From: an uncultured bacterium
GTDB lineage: Bacteria > Patescibacteriota > Saccharimonadia > Saccharimonadales > Saccharimonadaceae
NCBI GenBank assembly: GCA_938017895.1
Contig: CALIJI010000010.1
Location: 15,045 to 79,044, forward strand
Direction: 5' to 3'
DNA length: 64,000 nt
Below the pieces are notes generated by a model that saw nothing but the letters and a program-made list of their open reading frames with translations, made no database searches and was not told the DNA's origin. A program made the position numbers and the translations under genes. Positions 37,011 to 46,835 of the stretch are shown here, in pieces. How positions within the stretch are numbered: the stretch's first letter is position 1; each line of letters begins with the position of its first letter.

Positions 37011-38216
37011 TTATCTTAAATTGAATGCGGAGTACTTATCTAGAGAAGCATTAACATCTAGCGTGTGACCATTCCTATTGATCGTAAGTTTCACTGTTTC
37101 GCCGGGGGAGTATTCGGAAATTAAGCTTGACACAGATCCAGCTGAGCCAATTTTCACTCCATTGACAGCAGTAATAATATCACCATCTTTAACACCCGCT
37201 TTATCCGCAGCCCCACCAGGCTGAACAGATTGATCACTTCTTCTATCACGAATCCATGCTCCGTATTTTTCAGATAGATTATTCTCCTTCGCAAGAGCTG
37301 GATTTATTGATATGTATTTTATACCCAATACAGATCTAGAAGCTTTTCCACTTGATATTAGCGATTTTAGCATACCCTTAGCAGCTGAAATCGGAATAGC
37401 GAAACCAATTCCATTAGCATCACTTGCAACAGCAGTATTAATACCAATCACCTGCCCTTTTGCATTAACCAGTGGACCACCAGAATTACCTGAGTTGATT
37501 GCAGCATCTGTCTGAATCATATCGCTTAAAGTCTCAGTCCGACTTGAACTTCGTCCAGAAGAGGCTGTTACAGTTCTATTTACACCAGAAATAATTCCAC
37601 TTGTGACTGTACCCTGGTATTGTCCAAGAGCGTTCCCTATCGCAACCACACCTTGACCAATTTTTAATGTTTTAGAATCACCTAATTCAGCTGGTTTAAG
37701 GTCAGAGACGCCTTTAATTTTTAGATAAGCTAAATCATTTAAAGGATCTTTTGCAGCAACTTCAACATCTTTATAAACTGTTCCATCAGAAAGAATAACC
37801 TGAATATTCGTAGCATCTTCAATTACGTGCTTATTCGTAAGAATATATCCATCACGAGTAACTATCACTCCAGTTCCGGCAGTAGAAGTAGATTCATCTT
37901 TACCATAAAAGAAGCTAGACCGGCTCTGTGCAGTACCAACAATCGAAACCACACTTGATGAAAGCTTAGATGCCACAGCCTCAACAGTAGATGAGCCTAT
38001 AGATGAAGACGATGATGAATTACCGTCTTCACCCGAAGATATACTGCTTGTGGATGAAGATTGTTTTTTAATTAGATGAGATACCATAATTCCACCGCCC
38101 GAAAGAACTGCTATTGATCCAACAATCACGACAGCAATAATAGCTGAGTTAGGACCCCTTTTAACTTTGTCTACTTTTATAATTTTTTGATTACTTATTT
38201 TTCCCTCTTTATCCAT
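37011..38216 (-). CDS. htrA: HtrA/DegP-family serine protease with a PDZ domain
   Basis: N-terminal TM anchor, catalytic H/D/S (GNSGGPL) and a C-terminal PDZ domain. Confidence 0.85.
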   Translation of the reverse strand: MDKEGKISNQKIIKVDKVKRGPNSAIIAVVIVGSIAVLSGGGIMVSHLIKKQSSSTSSISSGEDGNSSSSSSIGSSTVEAVASKLSSSVVSIVGTAQSRSSFFYGKDESTSTAGTGVIVTRDGYILTNKHVIEDATNIQVILSDGTVYKDVEVAAKDPLNDLAYLKIKGVSDLKPAELGDSKTLKIGQGVVAIGNALGQYQGTVTSGIISGVNRTVTASSGRSSSRTETLSDMIQTDAAINSGNSGGPLVNAKGQVIGINTAVASDANGIGFAIPISAAKGMLKSLISSGKASRSVLGIKYISINPALAKENNLSEKYGAWIRDRRSDQSVQPGGAADKAGVKDGDIITAVNGVKIGSAGSVSSLISEYSPGETVKLTINRNGHTLDVNASLDKYSAFNLR

Positions 38217-38260
38217 AATATTTATTATATCAATCCTTCCTTAATATAAGCTTAATTATT

Positions 38261-39037
38261 TCAACTTTGCGGAATTGTTGAAAAAAGTAGAATAAGCAGC
38301 AAGCATATAGATAATGTAAATAATGTTGGCACAATTAAATCTCGAGCTGTTTTATTATTATTTCGCGAAATTGAAAGTGCTTCAAAAGTTAAAAAGCTTA
38401 TCACTGTCGCAATTATAGAAGCCTGAGGAATTGTAAAGATGAAAATATCGCCAACTTTAACGGTATAGCCAACAAGTAGAAAACTTAAAACCCATAAAAA
38501 TTCTGCAAAAATCATCCCCCAAAACAAACTAAGTAGTTCAATATTGTTATTTTCATCACTTGAAAGAACATGCCTAAAACTAGCATACCCAATAATAAAT
38601 GCTGAAATTACCACTATCTCAACAGGCCACGAATAAGCAACGGATAAAATGGCAGTAAGACCAACAAAAATCGAAAGTAATGCTTGTGCTTTTACTAAGT
38701 TTTCACTATTCTGAGGCTTAAGCCATAATAGCCACCCCAGATAGACAATTATTAGAGTAGCCTGAGATAACCAGAAATCTATACTTGAGAACATTAAAAC
38801 CACAATCCCAAGACTAAAGATTAAATCAACTAAATTTGATTTAAAATTTGCAGCCCAATATAATGGTCGCACAGCAAAAGTTCTCCACTTAGAAATAATA
38901 ACCAAAATTATCGCTAAAAAAGGCATCTTGGTCACGAAAATAGATAGCCAACAGGCTGCAACGAGAATAATATTTAAAAAAATATGAGCAATTGAGCTAG
39001 CAAGTGAATGCTTTTTTGAAACACTAATAAAATCCAT
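38261..39037 (-). CDS. Hypothetical polytopic membrane protein
   Basis: 258 aa with about 8 predicted TM helices and no motif. Confidence 0.45.
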   Translation of the reverse strand: MDFISVSKKHSLASSIAHIFLNIILVAACWLSIFVTKMPFLAIILVIISKWRTFAVRPLYWAANFKSNLVDLIFSLGIVVLMFSSIDFWLSQATLIIVYLGWLLWLKPQNSENLVKAQALLSIFVGLTAILSVAYSWPVEIVVISAFIIGYASFRHVLSSDENNNIELLSLFWGMIFAEFLWVLSFLLVGYTVKVGDIFIFTIPQASIIATVISFLTFEALSISRNNNKTARDLIVPTLFTLSICLLLILLFSTIPQS

Positions 39038-39113
39038 ACTTCATACATTATACCACGAGCAACCAAAAATAACCATAATTGTAAAAATAATTTATTCATG
39101 CTAAAATTGTGTA

Positions 39114-39731
39114 ATGAAGAGTAATTTTTGGCAGAGACACAAAACACTTACTGATATTTTGGGGATTTTCTTTTTTATTATTTCGGTTACTGTAGGTACA
39201 ATATTAATTAATTCATTCATCTTCCAAAGCTTTACAATTGTTGGTGGAAGTATGGAAAATACCTTTCATGATGGCGATAAAGTTATAATCAATAGGTTAC
39301 CTATAACTTGGGCCAATTTAAAAAATTCAAACTATACACCAAAACGTGGAGAAATTATAGTATTCAAAAATCCACAATATCAACTCGGTATGAAAGACCA
39401 ATATATAATTAAACGCGTAATCGCCTTCGCTGGAGAAAAAGTAAAAGTTAACAACAATGGCGATGTTACAGTCTTTAATTCTGGACACAAAAATGGATTT
39501 AATCCAGACTCTAATTTTAAGAATGAACCAAAAAAATATACAAGCCATCCAGGTGAGTGGATAGTGCCAGAAAATGAAATCTTTGTAATGGGTGACAATC
39601 GCGAAGGTAATAATTCTTATGACTCTCGTAGCGGTTTAGGGACGGTACCTCTTTATGACATAGTTGGTCCGGTTGCTTTTCGTATTTTCCCCATAGATAA
39701 AATTCGAACTTTTGAATATCCACAAAATTAA
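39114..39731 (+). CDS. lepB: Signal peptidase I
   Basis: S26 boxes: GGSMENT (Ser), IKRVIAFAG (Lys) and VMGDNREGNNSYDSR. Confidence 0.85.
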   Translation: MKSNFWQRHKTLTDILGIFFFIISVTVGTILINSFIFQSFTIVGGSMENTFHDGDKVIINRLPITWANLKNSNYTPKRGEIIVFKNPQYQLGMKDQYIIKRVIAFAGEKVKVNNNGDVTVFNSGHKNGFNPDSNFKNEPKKYTSHPGEWIVPENEIFVMGDNREGNNSYDSRSGLGTVPLYDIVGPVAFRIFPIDKIRTFEYPQN

Positions 39732-39794
39732 AATTAATAATCTAATAATATAAAAGATACCTAATTTGACACCTAAAAATACTCTCGGATGAAT

Positions 39795-40721
39795 CTATTC
39801 CGAGAGTATTTTTTCTATCCGCTTAAGCTCTTCTTCATTCTTAAACTTAATAGTAATTCTTCCATTACCTCGAGCCGAAGTTTTGATATTCACATCTGTT
39901 TTTAACCTAGCAGCAATCTTCCTAGCATTTTGTTCAAAAGGCATCTTAGTTAAGCTTTTCAAGCTTTTAGCTGATTTATCCTTTTGCTCCTGCAGCTGCT
40001 TTTTATACTGAACAAGAAATTGCTCCAACTTGCGCGCACTCCAGCCTTCCTCGATAATTTTTGGTAAAATTTTCAAAACGGTCTCTTTATCAACTTTAAG
40101 AAGCGGTCGGACCTGACCTTCTTTTAGCTCACCAGAGTAAACATATTTTTTAACCTCATCCGGCAAATTAAGCAATCTTAAAGTATTCAAAACAGCACTC
40201 TCGCTACGCCCACCAACCCGTTCACCAATTTGCTTAGCTGTCATATTAAATTGTTCCCGAAGCTTTAGGTAGGCCGTAGCTGTTTCGAGAACGTTCAAGT
40301 CTGATCGTTGAATATTCTCAATCAAACTTAACTCAAGCCGATTCTGGTCAGATAGTTCACGCACAATAGCAGGAATTTTCTTTAGACCTGCTAACTTGGA
40401 AGCTCTAAAACGACGTTCCCCGGCCACAATCACAAACTTATCAGAGTCATCTTTCTTTATTAAAACAATTGGCTGTAAAACACCGTGGATTTTAATCGAA
40501 TCAGCTAATTTCTGAAGTAACTCTTCGTCAAAATGTCGACGCGGCTGATCTGGATCTGGCGTAATTCGATCAAGGGATATCTCCTGTAGTTTACTAATCT
40601 CTGAATCAACGCCCAAAGTCGGATCAAACTGATCATCGATAATCATTTCTGTCGGGATTAAAGATGAAAATCCTCTGCCTAAGCCTTTTTTAGCCATTAC
40701 TCTTCTCCTGTGTTCGTTCAA
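39795..40721 (-). CDS. parB: Chromosome partitioning protein ParB
   Basis: ParB box GVLQPIVL..VIVAGERRFRA and an HTH. Confidence 0.85.
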   Translation of the reverse strand: MNEHRRRVMAKKGLGRGFSSLIPTEMIIDDQFDPTLGVDSEISKLQEISLDRITPDPDQPRRHFDEELLQKLADSIKIHGVLQPIVLIKKDDSDKFVIVAGERRFRASKLAGLKKIPAIVRELSDQNRLELSLIENIQRSDLNVLETATAYLKLREQFNMTAKQIGERVGGRSESAVLNTLRLLNLPDEVKKYVYSGELKEGQVRPLLKVDKETVLKILPKIIEEGWSARKLEQFLVQYKKQLQEQKDKSAKSLKSLTKMPFEQNARKIAARLKTDVNIKTSARGNGRITIKFKNEEELKRIEKILSE

Positions 40722-41466
40722 TAATTTCTTTAGCTACAGCTTTATAAGCACGAGCCCCTTTGCTAAATCGATCATAAATCCCTACTGGCACGCCATGGCT
40801 TGGTGCTTCAGCAAGGCGAATATTACGTGGAATTGGGGTCGAAAAAACCTTACCTGGAAAGAATTTTTTAATCTCTTCGTAAACTTGACCGCTCAAAGTT
40901 GTGCGCGAATCCACCATTGTTGGCAAAACGCCTAACAGCTCAAGATTGGGATTCATACCTTTACGTACTAATTTCATACTTTCTAGCAACTGACCAAGTC
41001 CTTCCATGGCATAAAATTCTGCCTGGACAGGCAAAACTAAATAATCGCTCGCAATAAATCCGTTAACCGTCAATAAACTTAGGCTTGGTGGCGAGTCTAA
41101 AATAACATAATCAAAATCATTACGTACATTTTCTATAGCATTTTTCAGTCGAGTAAACCGACCTTTTGCATTAGCTAGCTCAACCTCAGTATTAGCTAAA
41201 ATTGGTGTGCTCGGAGCAAGTTTTAAACCAGAAAAGCCAGTGTCAACAATTACATCTTTTAGCATTTTTTCACCAGAAATTACATCTGACATTGTGATCT
41301 CGATCTGGCTTTTATCAATACCTAAACCGCTAGTTGCATTACCTTGGGGATCAAAATCAATCAATAAAGTCCTTAGCCCCATTTTAGCCAAAAAATAAGC
41401 TATGTTAATCGCACTGGTGGTTTTACCAACACCGCCCTTTTGATTAGTTATTGAAATCACCTTCAT
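40690..41466 (-). CDS. parA: Chromosome partitioning ATPase ParA/Soj
   Basis: Deviant Walker A KGGVGKTT. Confidence 0.9.
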   Translation of the reverse strand: MKVISITNQKGGVGKTTSAINIAYFLAKMGLRTLLIDFDPQGNATSGLGIDKSQIEITMSDVISGEKMLKDVIVDTGFSGLKLAPSTPILANTEVELANAKGRFTRLKNAIENVRNDFDYVILDSPPSLSLLTVNGFIASDYLVLPVQAEFYAMEGLGQLLESMKLVRKGMNPNLELLGVLPTMVDSRTTLSGQVYEEIKKFFPGKVFSTPIPRNIRLAEAPSHGVPVGIYDRFSKGARAYKAVAKEIIERTQEKSNG

Positions 41467-41519
41467 ATATGAGCATTATACCACAAAATAACATAAGCGA
41501 CAATAAATTTTAAACCGAC

Positions 41520-41548
41520 TTGAATTTTATAGTTCTATATGTTAAAAT
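41520..41548 (+). promoter_or_regulatory. Promoter TTGAAT-17-TAAAAT for rplU
   Basis: 17-bp spacer, and SD GAGGA before the ATG. Confidence 0.5.
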
Positions 41549-41578
41549 AATTAAGATATTAACTTTAATGAGGATTTT

Positions 41579-41893
41579 ATGAAAAAAGCAGTCGTAAAAG
41601 TTGGCGGTAAGCAATTTATAGTCAGCGAAAAAGAGACCCTTCTGGTGGACCTCCTCCCGCAAGGAACAAAAGAGCTCAAACTCGACGCTTTGATGCTAAT
41701 TGATGGCGACAAAGTGGAAGTTGGAACTCCTATTGTGAAAGGCGTGAAGGTTTCCGCAAAAGTTGTTGACGAACTTGTTAAGGGAGAAAAAATCCGTGTG
41801 ATCCGCTACAAAGCTAAAAAGCGTGTTCATAAAGAAAACGGACATCGTCAAAAATATACAAAGATTGAAATTGCTTCAATCACAACCAAATAA
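41579..41893 (+). CDS. rplU: 50S ribosomal protein L21
   Basis: MKKAVVKVGGKQFIV... L21 signature. Confidence 0.9.
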   Translation: MKKAVVKVGGKQFIVSEKETLLVDLLPQGTKELKLDALMLIDGDKVEVGTPIVKGVKVSAKVVDELVKGEKIRVIRYKAKKRVHKENGHRQKYTKIEIASITTK

Positions 41894-41917
41894 TAAAAAG
41901 GCGGCCAGCCACTTCAA

Positions 41918-41952
41918 AACAGCCCATCTCACTCACTCTCGGGCTGTTTTAT
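41918..41952 (+). terminator. Intrinsic terminator after rplU
   Basis: Stem AACAGCCC/GGGCTGTT followed by a T-run. Confidence 0.55.
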
Positions 41953-42046
41953 TATATATCCTCAGAATTGTGCGACATAAAAATATTACCCCAAAACTAA
42001 ATGAAACCCCACAATTATGAGGTTTCATTTTAATTTTTACGAATAG

Positions 42047-43474
42047 CTATTTCTTCAAGAATTTAGATTTTATCTGTTCAATTTTTGAAGTAATCTTGCT
42101 TTTAATTTCTCCTGCTGACTCAGTTGCAGTCTTCAATTCTTGACGACTTCGCATGTAATATGCTATTCCACTAGTAAGTGCCATAACAGCAATAACCATT
42201 GCGGCAGCTTCAGCTGGACCAGTTTGTGGAAGTTCACCTGGAACTTGCGCACATTTTTTATCATTAGCATTTAAATGCTCTAATCCTGGAATTTTACATT
42301 TTTCAATTCCACCATCTTTACAATTTGGATCACCTTTTTTGAGGTGAGTTTTTCCAGGGATTGGACAAGGATCTTCTCGTTCTTTCGGTGAACAATCTTT
42401 TTGAACAGTAACAGTTGCTGTGTCTTGTTTTGCACCATTTAGAGTGTGAATTTGTCCAACATTCTGAATATTATTTACACCACAAGCTAGTTTAGAAGAA
42501 TCTACTTCTGCAGTAAATACTATATACGCTTCAGTACCTACTCCATAGTTACCAATGTTAATTCCTTTAGAGAATAAATCATCATTTATACTTTTACCGC
42601 TTGGATTGTTAGCGTTGAACAATTTTGTTGTCCCCGCAATATATTTCATGCCTGCTGGTAAAACATCTTTTAGTTGCACATTATTTTGCCAAGTTGTTCC
42701 TAGGTTCTTGTATGTAATTTTGTAGTCAACTTTTTCACCCAAATTAGCTTTTTTAGTTTTAGACCAGTTATTTTTACCATGATCAGATACAGTTTTATTT
42801 ACGCTAAAGTCTGTAAAATCAGCTTTAAATCGATAAGTCACATAACCAGAATATTCTGTACAACCAGGAACAATTCCATTTAAATCACTATAGCCTAGCA
42901 GCGCACCTTCAGAAAAAATCTTTGAAGGAAGTTTTTTACCATTTATCGCACCGTTACTATAAACAGTTGCTGAATCCGGTACATACTTCAAAGCAACATC
43001 ACGCTCCGGAGAGCTTACTGTTACATGATCCCAAACTGCACTTGGACTTGCGTTCGAAGCAGAAATCGTAGATGTAATATCAACATTCTGACCCTTACGA
43101 ATAATTGAAGGCATTTTGGCAAGCATTTTTACGTCCCTTGCGATACCTTTATGGCCATGCTCTGCAGTATTTAATGAAGAGCTAGCATTGTTATGGAAGA
43201 AAGTATAAACTTCATATTCCTTCCCTGGTACAATTTTTGCGCTATCAACATAACCAGTCTGGCCAACTTCCTTGATTCTGACAAAGTTACGTTCGTCACC
43301 GACCTTAGGATTATTGGTCATCGAGTTGAATGTTACATAGTCTGCTGGCTTCTCACCAACAAAAGTTTTTCGCTCAGGTCCATAAGCAAAGACGCTTTGG
43401 ATAGATAACGATGTGGCAACTAGGATTGCGCCAAGCGCAAGTCCTAGTTTTTTAATGTTTATATTATTTAGCAT
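42047..43474 (-). CDS. Secreted surface protein with an LPQTG sortase sorting signal and a DUF11/CARDB-like domain
   Basis: Signal peptide, a Cys-rich stalk and a C-terminal LPQTG + TM + basic tail. Confidence 0.65.
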   Translation of the reverse strand: MLNNINIKKLGLALGAILVATSLSIQSVFAYGPERKTFVGEKPADYVTFNSMTNNPKVGDERNFVRIKEVGQTGYVDSAKIVPGKEYEVYTFFHNNASSSLNTAEHGHKGIARDVKMLAKMPSIIRKGQNVDITSTISASNASPSAVWDHVTVSSPERDVALKYVPDSATVYSNGAINGKKLPSKIFSEGALLGYSDLNGIVPGCTEYSGYVTYRFKADFTDFSVNKTVSDHGKNNWSKTKKANLGEKVDYKITYKNLGTTWQNNVQLKDVLPAGMKYIAGTTKLFNANNPSGKSINDDLFSKGINIGNYGVGTEAYIVFTAEVDSSKLACGVNNIQNVGQIHTLNGAKQDTATVTVQKDCSPKEREDPCPIPGKTHLKKGDPNCKDGGIEKCKIPGLEHLNANDKKCAQVPGELPQTGPAEAAAMVIAVMALTSGIAYYMRSRQELKTATESAGEIKSKITSKIEQIKSKFLKK

Positions 43475-43492
43475 TTATTTTTCCTTTTTGTC

Positions 43493-45832
43493 TTAATTTG
43501 TTGGAGGTAAATCTACTACTGTTCCATCCGCAAGAGTTACTCTATTTGGATTTTGAATATTTTCCGCGGCCTTATCTGTTTCAGCTTGGCGTGCTGCAGC
43601 TTCTTGATTCTGGCGATCAATTTCAGCTGATTGACCTGCTACGCCATCATCTTGCTGTTCAAGACTCGGATTGTATTGATTTTCAGCCTTCTGGCCATTG
43701 TAAGTATTTCCGTAGTCAACCCCAAGGTTTGGTGTCTCTTGGCCAATTTGAGGAGCCGCCTTATAGGTGTAGTCCAGCTCAGAAGAACGAGTCGAGTTAT
43801 CTTCCCTAAAATCACCCTTATCCATTGGCGTGACTTCATCTCCAGCTTTTTGCTTGCTCCAGTCTTTCTTCTCAAGGTCTTTTGGCGTATCTGGAGTTGG
43901 AGGTGGAGTTTCTTCTCCGGGGTTATTTGGTTTATCTGGGGTTGGAGGTGGAGTTTCTTCTCCGGGGTTATTTGGTCTATCTGGAGTTGGAGTATTCGGT
44001 GTAATTTGAATTTCACAACCTCGAGGAGCCCAAGAATTAAAGTTATGGCCAGTCTTTACCGTTACCCCCTGACTACAATTAGTTCGTTCATCATAAGACT
44101 TACCTTCTTTTAATGATCCATCTGCATTTTTAGATCGCAATTTAATTGAGCGCATTTTTCCGCCGATTCTCAAGTCTCTGGCATGAGCAAGTCGTTGCAT
44201 TCCATTAGAATCCTTAATAATATATTCAGAATCAAATATCCCTGGAATTTCAGTTTCTTCGCCAATAATAGCATTTTCAACAGCTTTCTTATAGAAATCC
44301 TGAACCTTTTTAAAGAGTGCTGGATCTTTTGTCATTTTATCGGCAATTTCATGGAGCTGATCATCAGTTATATCTCCATCACCATCATGATCCAAAAATT
44401 CTGGAATCAACCCTGCATGGTCAAGCTTAGTTAACATCATAATTGGATTAGTCGAAACTTCATTAGCTAAGAATTTTCGATAGTCATCCGTCGATAATCC
44501 TTCTCGACTGGCAGAAAAGTTTTCAAGATATTCCTTTTGTGGCTTCTCAGTTTCATAAATATCTTTATCCGCACTATATCCTTCAAGATTCTTTTCGGCG
44601 TCCTTATTATTTTCTAGGACATCCTTTATAGCACTATCATATTTACTCTTATCTTGATTCGACTGGTTATCATTGGTAACATGCTCGGTTCTAGGATTGT
44701 TATTACTAGATGAATCATATTCATTAGCACCAGTCGTTAATCTACCAATCATAAAACTGGCCCCAACTACAGCACTACCTAAGAGTACTTTTACGGCTTT
44801 TCTAGTTTTTGGATGTTCATCCAGGAACCTTCCGATCTTCTTTCCTAATTTTCCCCAATATTCTTTAGCTTTTTCTAGCTTTGACGGATCTTTATCTTCA
44901 TTGATTTCATTAGGCTCACCACGCTCTGGTTTCTCTATCGCCGAAATATAATCATTCATCAATTTATATCTAGGAGTATTTCTCTTATATAGGTCAGAAT
45001 TACCGATCTCGCCTTTAGCTCTATATTTCGATAGCTCATCAAAATACATTTCGGCAATTTCACGCAATTGATCTGGACTAGCGCCATTAAGCGCAGCTTT
45101 ATCGAATTGATCACTAATTTCATCAAGTTTAGATTGATCATCACTAACAAATTCTGCATTATTTTCTTTAGAGATTTTGATGTGGTTTTTTGAATTTTTA
45201 AGCTTTTCAAGGTTCTCTTTGTCGATTTTATAACTTTGAGTAACCTGTTTATTAATCTTTTCGTTTATATCTTCAGGCTCTGAATTGGTTACAGGCTCTG
45301 CATCAACTTTAGAGCCTGTGTCGTTTTTTGAAAATTCCACTTCGCTAACAGATTTACCGCCGTTGATGATGCCTTCAATATAGCTATCGATAATGTCAGC
45401 TCTTCCGCCGTATCCATTTTCTTTTTTCTTATTGAGAAGGGCATTTAGCATTTTTTCTCGACTTTCGACTATAGCTCTCGCAGCTTCGATTCGCTGTTTG
45501 ACTTGGTGATATTCTGTCATTGACATATTTTCGTCAAGGAGAGATTCCAATTTCGAAATTTCACTATTTTTGTCTCGAATTTCCATTGCATAGTTTTCCA
45601 TATGATCAACAGGCAATTTTTTTCGGAACTTTTCTTTGATGTTGTTTATATTGTCAAAGAACGCCTTATTTTGACTATCGTCATATCGAGACAAATCCTC
45701 CTTTTGCTGCGCAAGCTCTAATTGACGACGCATTAGCTCTTCCTGTTGTTGCCGCAACATCTCTTCTTGAAGAGCGACGTCGTCCCAAGCGCTATGCCTT
45801 TCGCCGGTAGGATTGAACTTATCTTTGTTCAT
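43493..45832 (-). CDS. Large single-pass membrane protein with a coiled-coil N-terminus, a calcium-binding loop and Pro-rich tandem repeats
   Basis: About 340 aa of cytoplasmic coiled coil, a TM helix (VKVLLGSAVVGASFMIG), the loop DHDGDGDITDD and the repeats PNNPGEETPPPTPD. Confidence 0.55.
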   Translation of the reverse strand: MNKDKFNPTGERHSAWDDVALQEEMLRQQQEELMRRQLELAQQKEDLSRYDDSQNKAFFDNINNIKEKFRKKLPVDHMENYAMEIRDKNSEISKLESLLDENMSMTEYHQVKQRIEAARAIVESREKMLNALLNKKKENGYGGRADIIDSYIEGIINGGKSVSEVEFSKNDTGSKVDAEPVTNSEPEDINEKINKQVTQSYKIDKENLEKLKNSKNHIKISKENNAEFVSDDQSKLDEISDQFDKAALNGASPDQLREIAEMYFDELSKYRAKGEIGNSDLYKRNTPRYKLMNDYISAIEKPERGEPNEINEDKDPSKLEKAKEYWGKLGKKIGRFLDEHPKTRKAVKVLLGSAVVGASFMIGRLTTGANEYDSSSNNNPRTEHVTNDNQSNQDKSKYDSAIKDVLENNKDAEKNLEGYSADKDIYETEKPQKEYLENFSASREGLSTDDYRKFLANEVSTNPIMMLTKLDHAGLIPEFLDHDGDGDITDDQLHEIADKMTKDPALFKKVQDFYKKAVENAIIGEETEIPGIFDSEYIIKDSNGMQRLAHARDLRIGGKMRSIKLRSKNADGSLKEGKSYDERTNCSQGVTVKTGHNFNSWAPRGCEIQITPNTPTPDRPNNPGEETPPPTPDKPNNPGEETPPPTPDTPKDLEKKDWSKQKAGDEVTPMDKGDFREDNSTRSSELDYTYKAAPQIGQETPNLGVDYGNTYNGQKAENQYNPSLEQQDDGVAGQSAEIDRQNQEAAARQAETDKAAENIQNPNRVTLADGTVVDLPPTN
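43891..44000. repeat. 48-bp tandem repeat (~2.3 copies) inside the 779-aa gene
   Basis: Near-identical direct repeat ..GTTGGAGGTGGAGTTTCTTCTCCGGGGTTATTTGGT.. encoding 16-aa units. Confidence 0.8.
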
Positions 45833-45928
45833 TCTGGTCCTTTTCTTTATTTTTATATTTTATTTTCTGGAATTTTCCCTTATGGAAAAAATACCTTCAA
45901 TTTACTCTTAGATTTTACCACAAGCATA

Positions 45929-45957
45929 ATAAAAAGTCAAGCTTTTTACTTGACTTT
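45929..45957 (-). terminator. Intrinsic terminator after the 45965-46471 gene
   Basis: 9-bp stem AAAGTCAAG/CTTGACTTT followed by a U-run. Confidence 0.55.
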
Positions 45958-45964
45958 TTATATT

Positions 45965-46471
45965 TTAAGCTGCTTTTTGTAATCCTACAGCCTTCATTAC
46001 ATTTGATAGTTTCCGTCCTAATGATACGCTTCGAGACAACCCTTTAACCTGATCAATGTTTTCATCAAGTTGAGCCTGTGTTTGGTGTTGGTCTGCACGC
46101 ATCATAAAATCATCCCGACCTTCATAGCTAGCAAATTTCGCCCGATAATCCGATAAATAAACAATCTTCTCATCATAATCTTGTCGGTGAATAATACCAG
46201 AACTATCTCGTCCAGATAGTTCAATTTTTTCTAAAATATCACCTTTAGCTTCTCGACCTTTGTTGTCACTCTCGCCAACCTGTTCATAAATTTTTAGCAC
46301 CTCTTCATGCGTCCGATCCTTAGTCGCTTCATGTGCCTTTTTAGCATCTTGAAGCTGCTCCTGAGAAATGTAACTTTGGCGATTTAGATGCTCTAACGAA
46401 AGAGTCTGAAACTCACTAATTTTTTGCTTTCGGTCCTGATCTTCAAATCTGTTTATCTTAAAATTTTCCAT
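45965..46471 (-). CDS. Hypothetical protein
   Basis: 168-aa hydrophilic, charged ORF with no motif. Confidence 0.4.
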   Translation of the reverse strand: MENFKINRFEDQDRKQKISEFQTLSLEHLNRQSYISQEQLQDAKKAHEATKDRTHEEVLKIYEQVGESDNKGREAKGDILEKIELSGRDSSGIIHRQDYDEKIVYLSDYRAKFASYEGRDDFMMRADQHQTQAQLDENIDQVKGLSRSVSLGRKLSNVMKAVGLQKAA

Positions 46472-46553
46472 AATATTTTGTTTTCTTTTTTGTCTTGTTT
46501 AATCTATGCTTCGTATTATAGCATAAGCTAGTTTAATTGTCAATGCTCAATTC

Positions 46554-46584
46554 AAAAAATCGACCCGATAAGAGCCGATTTTTT
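46554..46584 (-). terminator. Intrinsic terminator after the tRNA-Thr/Tyr pair
   Basis: 9-bp stem AAAAAATCG/CGATTTTTT. Confidence 0.5.
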
Positions 46585-46599
46585 GGAAAAAATAATTTC

Positions 46600-46685
46600 T
46601 GGTGCTGGGGGAAAGATTCGAACTTTCGAAGGCATCTGCCGACAGATTTACAGTCTGTTGTGTTTGACCGCTTCACTACCCCAGC
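46600..46685 (-). tRNA. tRNA-Tyr (anticodon GTA)
   Basis: Reverse complement folds into a cloverleaf with a long variable arm, anticodon loop CTGTAAA, T-loop GTTCGAAT and CCA. Confidence 0.85.
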
Positions 46686-46698
46686 AATTTTCATATTC

Positions 46699-46775
46699 TG
46701 GAGCCACCTTTCGGATTCGAACCGAAGGCCTGCTGTTTACAAAACAGCTGCTCTAACCAGCTGAGCTAAGGTGGC
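46699..46775 (-). tRNA. tRNA-Thr (anticodon TGT)
   Basis: Reverse complement GCCACCTTAGCTCAGCTGGTTAGAGC..TTTGTAA..GGTTCGAATCC..GGTGGCTCCA. Confidence 0.85.
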
Positions 46776-46793
46776 AAAACCAAATACTTTCTA

Positions 46794-46822
46794 ATTATAT
46801 AGTAAGAGACACCAAAAAGCAA
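46794..46822 (-). promoter_or_regulatory. Promoter TTGCTT-17-TATAAT for the tRNA-Thr/Tyr operon
   Basis: 17-bp spacer, with the tRNA start about 19 nt downstream of the -10. Confidence 0.45.
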
Positions 46823-46835
46823 TAGGTTTTTATGA

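Noticed and set aside
43631-44113. Long ORFs on both strands across the Pro-rich repeat region
   Set aside because: They are a by-product of the 48-bp tandem repeat inside the 779-aa gene and are not independent genes.
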